From Octopus sinensis (lineage: Eukaryota), in contig NC_042999.1 of the NCBI RefSeq assembly GCF_006345805.1, positions 67,580,001 to 67,644,000 of the forward strand: a stretch of 64,000 nucleotides of DNA. Direction: 5' to 3'. Each line of letters opens with the position of its first letter. Position 1 is the first letter of the stretch. This document shows positions 13,801 through 25,400 of the stretch, one piece after another. The position numbers and the translations under genes are program-made. The notes under the pieces are model-generated. The model was not told the DNA's origin, searched no databases, and was given only the letters and a program-made list of their open reading frames with translations.

Positions 13801-16800
13801 GGAGGTAAGTTTACTACTAGAAAATCTGTTCATTATTTAGACTGTATGTATGTATGTCTGTTCTGGGTTTCATTTTAGTGTTTTTAAATAATAGAGATAG
13901 ATGAAAATTATCTGTAGATATTCCAGTTTGGGCCAGGTCTGACTTTGTGAATTTTGAGTTTAATGTGTTTTCATTTTTGCTCAATTTCAAACTGTATTTC
14001 TGTTTGCATCAGCTCTTTGCTGATGAGTCTAGAAAATAGACTTTACATGGTTGCTCGACTTGGTGGAAATACTACACAAATCTCTCTCAAATTAAATCTT
14101 ATCTTAAAGAGAAAGAACTTAGTTCTAAACTATCAATTCCTGGGTAAAAATAATAGGATTGGTCATGGTGGGAACACCTTTGGTAATAAATCTGCTGGTA
14201 TAGTACTAACCTGAGGTTAAACAACATTTCTTCACCAGTTACAAAGCCAGACTTTTCTAAAGTCTGACCCAATGTTATGACTTGAAATAAAAATATTCCA
14301 CAAGCATAGCAGAGTGGTTAAGAAGCTTGCTTTGCAATCACATGGTTTCGTGTTCAGTCCCACTGCGCCGCACCATGGTCAATGCTTTGTGAGTAAAGTT
14401 GGTAAACAAAAACTGTGTGGAAGTTCATTGCCTATAAATATGTGTGTTTGTTTCTATCCACTGCTTGACAGTCTGTTTTGGTTTGTTTACATTTTTGTAA
14501 CTTAACAGTTCAACAAAAGAAACTGATAAAGTACTAGACTTTAAAAAATATAAGTACTGGAGCAGTTTGTTTGACTAAAACCCTTCAAAGCAAGCCCTGT
14601 CATAGTTGCAGTCCAATGACTAAAATAAGTAAAAGATAGTGTCTTACTAATTCAATTTCATATTTGTTACATGACTGTAACTATTTTGTAATTTTTCAGA
14701 TTTTAAATTGCAACTCACTGCTCATCACTGGATTTGAAACAATTAAACAGACCTTACAAAGAATTGAAGCCCACCATTCCATGAAAGAAATTAAGGTAAA
14801 AAATCTTTCACCTTCAACCTGTTACCTCATGGCTAGATTATAATGTACAAGTCTTTTTACAGTTACTCTAGCTCTTGCCAAGTCTACACTACTTATTGTT
14901 GTTTTTGCTAATATTATTTACTGTTGCTATTAGCTAAGATCACCTTCACTTTTACTCCAGCTAAGCTCAGCCACACTTTTGCTCCAGCTAAGCTCAGCCA
15001 CACTTTTGCTCCAGCTAAGCTCAGCCACACTTCTGCTCCAGCTAAGATCACCTTCACTCTTACTCCAGCTAATCTCAACCACACTTTTGCTCCAGCTAAG
15101 CTCAGCCACACTTCTGCTCCAGCTAAGATCACCTTCACTCTTACTCCAGCTAAGCTCAGCCACACTTTTGCTCCAGCTAAACTCACCCACACTTCTGCTC
15201 CAGCTAAGATCACCTTCACTCTTACTCCAGCTAAGCTCATCCACACTTTTGCTCCAGCTAAGCTCAGCCACACTTTTGCTCCAGCTAAGCTCAGCCTCAC
15301 TCTTGCTCCAGCTAAGATCACCCTCACTCTTGCTCCAGCTAAACTCACCCACACTTCTGCTCCAGCTAAGATCATCCACACTTTTGCTCCAGCTAAGTTC
15401 ACTCATGCTCTTGCTTCAGCTAAGATCACTCATGCTCTTGCTTCAGCTAAGATCACTCATGCTCTTGCTTCAGCTAAGATCACCCACACTCTTGCTCCAG
15501 CTAAGATCACTCATACTCTTGCTCCAGCTAAGATCACCCACACTCTTGCTCCAGCTAAGATCACCCACACTCTTGCTCCAGCTAAGATCATCCACACTCT
15601 TGCTCCAGCTAAAATCACCCCCACTTTTACTCCAGCTAATATCACCCCCACTTTTACTCCAGCTAAGATCACCCCCACTTTTACTCCAGCTAAGATCACC
15701 CCCATTTTTACTCCAGCTAAGATCTCCCCCACTTTTGCTCCAGCTAAGCTAACCCACACTTTTGCTTCAGCCAACACCACACATTTTAGTTCACACTATA
15801 CACTCTTCCCCTCGCTAACACAACCTATTGTTAGTGTGGCTGATACTGTTTACTGTAGGTGCTTGTGTCGCTGTATGGTTAAGAATCTTGCTTCCCAATC
15901 ATATGGTTTTGGATTCAGTCCCACTGCATGGTACCTTAGGCAAGTATTTTTGACTATAGCCTCAGGCTGACCAAAGCCTTGTGAGTGGATTTGGTAGGCA
16001 AAGTTCTTTTTTATTTCTGATCCTTTTCCAGTATTGTTCCTTTTCCCTGTGCTTTTTCATTGTTAATTAAGACACCCACCTTGGCTCTTTACCTTCACAT
16101 TCCCCAAATGACTATCCTAAACTGAAACATCACATTAACTCTCACTGTGTTAATAAGATTATTATTTGTTATGTAACATACTAATCCTATGCAAATCAGT
16201 TCTTGCAGCTGTTTTCTATTGACCAGTGAAGATAAAACGTGTGTTTCCAATCACATAGTTCCAGGTTTAGTCCCACTGTGTGGCACCTTGGACAAGTGTT
16301 TTCTGGGGTTGACCAAAGCATTGTGAGTGGATTCCATAGATGGAAGCCGAAAGATGCTTGTGTTTGTTTCACCACCACTGATTAACAACCGTTGTTTGTG
16401 TGTTTACTTCCCTGTAACTTAGTAGTTCAGCAAAAAAAAAAAAAGACTGATAGAATAAGTACCAGTTTTAAAAAATAAATATAAGTACCAGGGTTGATTT
16501 GTTTGACTAAAATTCTTTAAGGTGGTGCCCCAGCATGGCCACAATGTAACGACTGAAACAAATAAAAGATTAAAGATATGAAATGTAGAAGATTCTGGAA
16601 AGTTCTCCCCACCATTAAAAACGAGTTAACTCTGTTCCCATGTCTCCAGTGCACATGCAAAGTGCTGAATATACACAGTCCTCACTCAGTAAGGGTCAAC
16701 AATAAGAAAACCTTCATGTCCATCTGCCTCCTTTCATACACATTTCTTCCATTTTATAATACATCCACCCTCTTTAACCACTTCTGTCTTTGACTGTTGT

Positions 16801-19364
16801 CTTTTCACAGGATTTACTATTACAAGAATATTCCCACTGGCGAGATGAAGATGGCACCTTAATTGTAGAATTTTGGAATCATATTATAGAAGCAGATTTT
16901 AGTCACAATTCAATAAAATGTATAGATGAGAGTATAGTAAGTAAAGTTTATTATGTTTGATCGATGTATCTATGTTCATTTATGGATTGATTGATTGATT
17001 AATTGGTGTGTCTCAATCTCCTTAATCTATTTAGTTATGTCTTTAACAATCTGTCCTGCTAACTGTCTTTCTGGTTAGCTCTTGTCTGTTTGGCTGGCTT
17101 GCAGTCGGTACAGTTAGCTGCTTGACTGTCTGTTTTTCTCTTTATCTTCCTCTCTGTCTATCTGTCTGTTGACCTATCTCTGCCTGACTGTGTCTGTCTG
17201 TATATCTTTTTCTCTATCTTTCCCACCCTATCTGTCCATCTATCTCTTTGTCGATCTGACTATCTTTCTGACTGACTGTCTGTGACTGACTCTCTCTCTC
17301 TCTACTATTACTTGTTTGTCTATTCTCTGTGTTCTTTACCCACAGCAATTACTTCCACAAGTCGAACACTTGGACCTAAGTCACAACTTCATCGATACAA
17401 TCCAGAACTTGCAGTGGTTAAGTCAATTAACGAGTTTAAATCTATCACACAACAACATTGATCACCTTGATTCTCTCCATACAAAACTTGGTAATCTGAA
17501 GACACTCAACCTGGCAGGAAACAGAATTAAACACCTGCAATGTAAGTTTCATTTTAAATATCAGTTAATTGCGAATGTCTTAAATATTTGTTAGTTTTTG
17601 CAATTGTTTAATAGACATACATAGGTACAGGCATGGCTTTGTAGGTAAGAAATTTGCTTCCCAACCACATGGTTTCAAGTCCAGTCCCAATATGTGACAC
17701 CTTGGGCAACTGTCTTCTATGATAGCCCAGGGCTGACCAAAGCCTTCTAAGTGGATTTGGTGAGCAGAAACTCAAGAAAAGCCCATCATATATTCAATCA
17801 GGAATGACCAGTCTGGACAAGGTTGTTGATAGAAGACCAGCAGTCAGCCATGCATACCAGCCTCCCCACTGCATGCCACCGATGTTATATCCAAGGGAAA
17901 GACATACTCCATTGTGTTGAATGTGCCCATGCTGCATTTATTCTAAAGAGAATGTTTAATGGTTGGCAGTATTGTGATGATTTAAATTGTTAAACTTGTC
18001 TAGGGCTAAAATAATTATTGCCCAAGTTTATGACAACGCTCTGGTAATTAAAGAGGAAATGTTACTACTAGGCTAATAAACTTTTGAGGAAATTTTAAGT
18101 TTAAGAAGGAACAAAAAAAAATTATTAATGGTTAAATATCTACTTCAAAGAACAGTGACTGAAATGACAAATTCAAGATAATGCTGCTAGGGTATGCAGC
18201 TGGGGTAAATATAACTGATTGACAATTATTTATTGTTGTTGTTCTCCAGGTCAGTCCAGGTTTAACTATTTTGCATTTAAACCAGCCATATCTGACCCAA
18301 ATATCTACCTGCTTTATGTTTAAACCAGCCTGATCCATTCTCTCATACCCTACCTTCAATGTCATTGGTGAAAGCACCTAGCTTAGTGGTTAGGGTATTA
18401 GGCTCATGATCACAAGCCATGAGTTCGATTCCTGGTGTTATGCCATGTCCTTGAGCAAGACACTTTATTTCTCATTGCAGCTGGCAAAAATGAGTTTTAC
18501 CTGTAATTCGAAGGGCTCATCTTGCTACATTCTGTGTCATGCTGAATCTCTCAGAGAGCTATGTTAAGGGAGTGTATGTCTGTGGTGTACTTAGCCACTT
18601 GTATGTTAATTTCATAGGCAGGCTGTTCCATTGATTGGATCAACTAGAACTCCCATTGTTGTAACTGACAGAATGCCAAACCACAGTTGAAAAATAAACC
18701 TGTACATCATCAAAATCCTGAAGCTATGAGATAATGCATTATCATTAATAAAAAAAAACAAACACAATGTGAATAAATAATCATTACATTTGACAAAGTA
18801 ATTTGAATGCTAAAGGGTTAGACATCAACTGATGTTCCACCCACGACCATCCTGTCTTTTGTCATAGGTATACAAGTGTATTTTTGTTTGTTTTTCACCA
18901 CTTGATAACTGGTGTTGGTTTCTTTATGTCCCCACATCTTGTTGGTTTAGCAAAGAGAGACTGTTAGAATAAGTGCTGGGGTTGATTTCATTGACTAAGC
19001 CCTTCGAAGTTGCACCCCTAACATGACACAGTCCAATTAATAACTTAAATCAGTGAAAGAATAAATATATACTTGCATGGCTGTGTAGTTAAGAACCTTG
19101 CCTTTGAACTATGTGGTTTCAGGTTCAGTCCCACTGCATGGCACTTTGGGCAAGTGTCTTCTACTCTCTTTACTCTTTTACTTGTTTCAGTCATTTGACT
19201 GCGGCCATACTGGAGCACCACCTTTAGTCGACCAAATCGACCCCAGGACTTATTCTTTGTAAGCCGAGTACTTATTCTATCAGTCTCTTTTGCCAAACTG
19301 CTAAGTTATGGGGACGTAAGCACACCAGTATCGGTTGTCAAGCGATGTTGGGGGGACAAACACA

Positions 19365-19421
<57 letters not shown>

Positions 19422-22400
19422 GCATATATACGACTGGCTTCTTTCAGTTTCCATCTACCAAATCTACTCACAAGGCTTTGGTCGGCCCGAGGCTATAGTA
19501 GAAGACACTTGACCAAGGTTCCATGCAGTGGGACTGAACCCGGAACTATGTGGTTGGTAAGTGAGCTACTTACCACACAGCCACTCCTATGCCTATAGCT
19601 TTAAGCCAACCAAAGCTTTGTGAGTAGATTTGGCAGATGGAAACTGAAAGAAGTCTGTTCTTTATATATTTGTGCGTGTTTGTGTGTGTGTATCCTTGTC
19701 TTGACATCATGTAGTGCTTGCAACGAAGCATCATTGTCACATGAGTGTTGTTGTTGTTCACTTCCAATCTGTCATGGAAAACATGTGGCCATGGGGGAAA
19801 TTACCATGCTTGGAAACAGGTGAGGGTTGGTGACAGGAAGGGCATCTGGACAAAGATAATCTGCCTCAACAAATTCTGTGCAACCCATGCAAGCATGGAA
19901 AAGTGGACATTAAATGAAGAGGGCAATGATGATGAGACTCTATAATTAAAAGAAGAAAAAAAATTACTGGATATTCATGAATCATAGGTTTGCTGGATCA
20001 ACGTTACATAAAGTTTCACAACAGCCTCTAAAATTTTCTATATTTTATTGTTTGACCCTTTAGCATTTAAACTGGTCATATCCAGCCCAAATATTCTATC
20101 TGTTTTAATGTTCAAATTGGCCAAATCCAGCCTCCCTCACCTATCCTACAATTGTCACTCCAAAAATAAACAATCACACCGTCAAAACTTCAAAGCTGTG
20201 AGATAATGTATAATTAATTCAAAATAGTGTGAATAATTAAGCATTTACATTTGACAGAGTAATCTGAATACTAAAAAGAGTAAATACTGACAGCTATTGC
20301 TGTGTCATTTTCACTAAGCAATCTCTTACATATCTTATTTCTGTTGATTTTATTTAAAGGTTTATCAAAGTTATTTTCACTTGTTAATTTGGATATCAGT
20401 AACAATGATATTTCAGACGTAAGTACAATCATTGATTCTTTTATGTTGTGTTATTCTTTGTTTTTTAACTTCTCAATCTATTTTCTCCCCCCCTCTTTTT
20501 TTGTTGTTGTTGTAGTGGTAAGAGTGTAGTGCTTATAACTGATTGAATTTATTCCCAAAAAAACATTCGAGCAAGTTCGTTGCCAGTGCTGCTGGACTGG
20601 CTCCTGTGCAGGTGGCACATAAAAAGCACCATTTGAGCATGTCCGTTGCCAGTACCACCTGACTGGCCCTTATGTCAGTGGCATGTAAAAGTACCCACTA
20701 CACTCTCAGAGTGGTTGGTGTTAAGAAGGGTATCCAGCTGTTGAAACTGTAGAAGTTTGGTGCAGCCATCTGGTTCGCCAGACCTCAGTCAAATTGTCCA
20801 ACCTGTGCTAGCATGGAGAGCGGACATTAAACGAACGATGAACGATATTAATGTTGATTTTGTTGAACATTAATTAACAATTTAAAAAGAGTATTTTCTA
20901 TAAGATTTGATTGATAAAATTCAGGATAATGTAGATCATTTTAACAGTGGAACTCTAATGGTTTCAAATTTTGGTACAAGGCCAGCAATTTCAGGAAACC
21001 GACTAAGTTAATTACATTGAGCCCTGTACTCAACTGGTGCCCTGAAAGGATGAAAGGCAAAGTCAACCTCTGCAGATTTTGAACTCAGAATGTATGGATG
21101 AAATGCTGCTTAGAATTTTGCTTCATGTGCTAACAATTCTACCAGCTCAATGCCTTAGATAAAGCTACAAATAATAGCATGTAAAATATTGGATTAAAAA
21201 ACCTCTTCAGTAGAAAAAAAGTTGAAGGCTGCCCATAGGACTCAAACCTCCGTCTACTGTGGACATGACAGATGTGCTACCATTGGACCAAAGCAACTCT
21301 TTGAATTTTCTTTATCTGTTTTAGAAGCTTTGTTCATACCAGCAAGAATTGTACATTGTTTACATTATAAGAATATTTTACTTTTAGTAAAGATGTATGA
21401 AGTAAATCATTTTAATAGTGGAACTGAAGTAGATAATGCTGTCACTAATAGCATATAGAATGTTGGGTTTAAAAAAAAATAGCTAAATATGCCAAAGGTT
21501 TCCTGTAGAACTTGAACCTACATCTGTGAAGATGACAAATGTGTTACCAAGTCCCTCATTCTACTATTTGTACCTGCACAAGCGTCCACCTTGAATCTTT
21601 TTTTTTTTTTTTTTTTTTTGCCAAAGAACAATTTTCTGAGTTAAAAATTTTACAATTAATATTTTTTTCTATTTGTTCATTATAATTTTTTTACCCAGTA
21701 CATTTAAATGTAGATGAAACTAGCTTGTTAGTTAAGCTGGTTATTTCTATAATGACTTAGGTAACAGGTTTTGTGATTTATCTATGTCAGAAAGGTGAAG
21801 GCACATGGCCTAGTGGTTTAGGTATTTGACTCATGTTCATGGGTTCAGTTCCTGGAGTGGCTAGTACCTTGTGATCTTGAGCAAGGCCCTTCATTTCATG
21901 CTGCTCTTGTAAATGAGTACCAGCCAGTTGCTGTTGCCATTTTTTTCTCTCTCTAGTTGTCACATCCTGGATGGTTCATGAGTGAGGGTGTCAAGAAGGT
22001 AACAGTGTCTATACATGACTACACAGGCACCTAAAACAATTAGCAAAAGCATGGTACAGTTTACTAAGCCATCTATCACTGCATTGTGCCATGTTAGAAA
22101 CCTGGTGTGCTCTTCTGTGCTGTCTCATGATGTAGCATGCCATACTAATGTTTCTATGCTTTGATGACATGCAAATGATACCAAGACACAGCATTCTGTG
22201 CTATGCTGTGGTTTGTCCATCTATGCTGTAGCGTGTCATACCATGTCAACATTGACATTACCAAACTCATGATGGCAGTTCTTCATGTTTGAAGATCAGA
22301 AGGGTGAGCAGCACATGCTCAAGTGACTATATAAACCAATCCTTGAATGACAAGTTTTAATGGGGACAAATGGAGCTTTTGTTCCTGCTTGTACTTGGTA

Positions 22401-25400
22401 GTTTTAATGTGAGAGTCAATCTGTGCAATTTGATCTTTAGATTTGGTGGTCTGACCACAGTGGTCCAGCAGGCTAAGATGGCTGCAGTGTCCAACTGTAG
22501 GTTTTACTTTGGAATGGCCTTCTAGGTGAATTGCCTTGCAGGGTTGAAGAGCTCTACATGTCCTGGAGTTGCTGGAAGAATGCGTAAAAGAGCACCAAAT
22601 TGCTTGAGTGTCTCCACTCCTTTATTTGAAGTCAGTGGCCTGTAAAAAGTACCCAACACACTCTGTTAAGTGGTTGGCATTAGGAAGGGCATCCAGCCAT
22701 AGAAACCATACCACAACAGACAGTTGGAGTCTGGACAGCTCCCTGCTAGCTAGCTCCATATCAAACCATCCAACCCATGCCAGCATGGAAAGCAGATGTT
22801 AGACGATGACTATGATGAGTTTGGCTCACCTAGCCCATTCCTTTACCAAGGCACTGATAAGGCATTAAGGGTTTGTGCTTGTAGTTTTTTTTTTCCATAA
22901 TATACTAATTAACCCACAGCCAGGACCCTGACAGATGCTACCACTCTGAGTCAGAGGTTATCTGGGAGCATGGTGGCTAAGAGGTGGTATTACACTTCTC
23001 AAAATCTTGGAACTCCCAAACTTGGACCCAAACATCAGATGCAGTTTAAAGTCAAGCCCAGAATACCATCACTATACTATGTTGTTGTTGTTGCTATACC
23101 GTGCTGCAATATTAATACCATACCATTCTATTTATTATATCTTCTGTATTTTGTCAGATCAATGAAGTGAAGCATGTCAGTGGCTTGCCTTGCATGGAGA
23201 AGTTGTCAATGGTTGCCAATTCTGTTACCATTGTACTTGACTACAGGACTAAAGTACTTGCCATGTTTTTAGAGCGAGCTAATGAAGTAAGTGAAAACAC
23301 TGGATGCTTTATTTTCCTCATCTCTCAGTCTAAGCTGTATGTCTGTCTGTCTGTCTAGCTATCTAGCCACTTAACTATTTACCTATCTTTCTACCTATGC
23401 ACTTATCTACTTACCTGTCTATCATTCTCTTGTCACCCCCTTCACTCTTCTCTCTCTTAATTCTTCTTTATTTATCCAATCTGGGTGAATTTTGTTTCTC
23501 TGTCAGTCTTTATATCTATATATATATATTTATTTATATGTGTTTTTCTTTTCAGATATGTCTTGACCATATGAAAGCTTCTCAAAAAGAATTAGATACT
23601 GTAGCTGTTGTGTTAGCTATACAGAAATCAAAGGAGAACAAAGAGAAACTTCGCAAGTTGATGCCAAATAAAGTAAGAGCTTGAAAATGTAATGACAAGT
23701 ATGAGTTGATATTTAAGATAATAGGATTGTATAACCCTGGTCAACGTCATTTGAGCAGAGTTTTGATACAGAAGTAGTGAACTGACTGAATCATTTCAGT
23801 GACATTTCCAGTTGTGGTCAGTTCATGGTTCTCTTATGCTTTCTTAGACAATTTAAACATGTGATCCCATTTGAAACTTGCCTGTGAATTTGGCTATTCT
23901 ATATAGACATCTTTGGCTATCATTTCCTTTTTTTTTTTTGTCTTGAACAAGCCTGTATGCTGTTTTTTAGGTTCAGTCCCACTAGATGTCATCTTGGTCC
24001 CTAGCTTATCAAGGCCTTGTGAGTGGATTTGGTAGACAGATTCAAAGAAACTTGTTGCATGTCCTTGTCTTTACATTGTGTGATAATTATTGAGTTTTAC
24101 TGTCTGGCTATGGAGAAATATTGCCTAGTTTGGATTGCCTAGTTTGGAGGGTTGGTGACCAGAAGGGCATCCAGCTGTAGAAAATGTCTGCCTCACCCAT
24201 GCAAATGTGAAAAAGTGGACATCGAAATGATGAGGATTTCTTATTATCTTTGCTTCTATGTTTTGTTGGATGTGCCCTCTATTCAAATGTGAATTTTTTT
24301 GGTATAGTCATGGAAATTAGGAACAGAACAGAGTTAAGTACCTTGCTCAGGAGTATAACGCCATAAGAGCTGTGAGATTTCATCTTACGTTCATGTGGTC
24401 AGCAGTTTAGTACCTTAAGCTCACGACCATTCTACTTCTTTTATTCTTTATCATAAAGAATCTTTCACCAAGTTTAATATAATTTCACAATAGAAATTCT
24501 TCAGCAATTAACAATTTTTGTATATTTTTCTATTGTAAATTTTTCTATATCAAGGTTAACTGACCAGAAAGTCATAAGTTCAAACCTGTCTGCTGACATT
24601 GTTTTGTGGCTCCTGAATTAGATACATTACTCAGTGTCGCTACTTGAATACACCTGCATCATCAGTACCATTTTCAGTTGCAAGTGATAGATATCTAACT
24701 ATATAAGCCATAAGCTCTTACACACATGATGTACAAGAGAGAAGCTTTGCTCAAAACATCAGTGTATTTATCTCCTCATAGTTTACTTCGACCAATCTAT
24801 CGACTTCACTAAATGATGTTTGTTGATGTAGGTCACCAATATGATGTAGTTCTCAATATCTATCTTCTATTAGACAATGAGTTAGCAGAATCATTAGCAG
24901 GCCGGGCAAAATGCTTAGCAGCATCTCATCTGTCTTTGTGTTCTGAGTTCAAATTCTGCTGAGGTTGACTTTGCCTTTCATCCTCTTGTGGGTCGATTAA
25001 ATAAGTACCAGTTGAATACTGGGGTTAATGTAATCGACTTATTCCCTCCTCCAAAATTGCTGGCCTTGTGCCTAAATTTGAAACCGATATGTATATTCTT
25101 TACCCTCCTACATGTTTTAGTTGTTCAAGTGTGGCCATGTTGGAGCACCACCTCAAAGGGTTTTGTCAACCTCAGTTTTTTTATGTGTGGTACAAGAACC
25201 GGCAAGCCAAGTGAGACCATAAACTGTGGCCTAGGCCAGGGGTCTAATCTGCCCCCTTATGTGTACCTTTCCTACATTGGACACTAAACTCTGCTTGCGA
25301 AGACCTGTTGAGGCAAATGAAATCGAAATCAAATCAAATTTGATGACTGGTATCCGTGCCAGTGGAGCGCTAAGAGCACCATCCAAGCGTGATTGCTGCA

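Noticed and set aside
14914-15970. Long ORFs on both strands (348, 257, 162, 158 aa)
   Set aside because: They arise from a 27-bp unit lacking stops in several frames; there is no domain similarity or supported start context.
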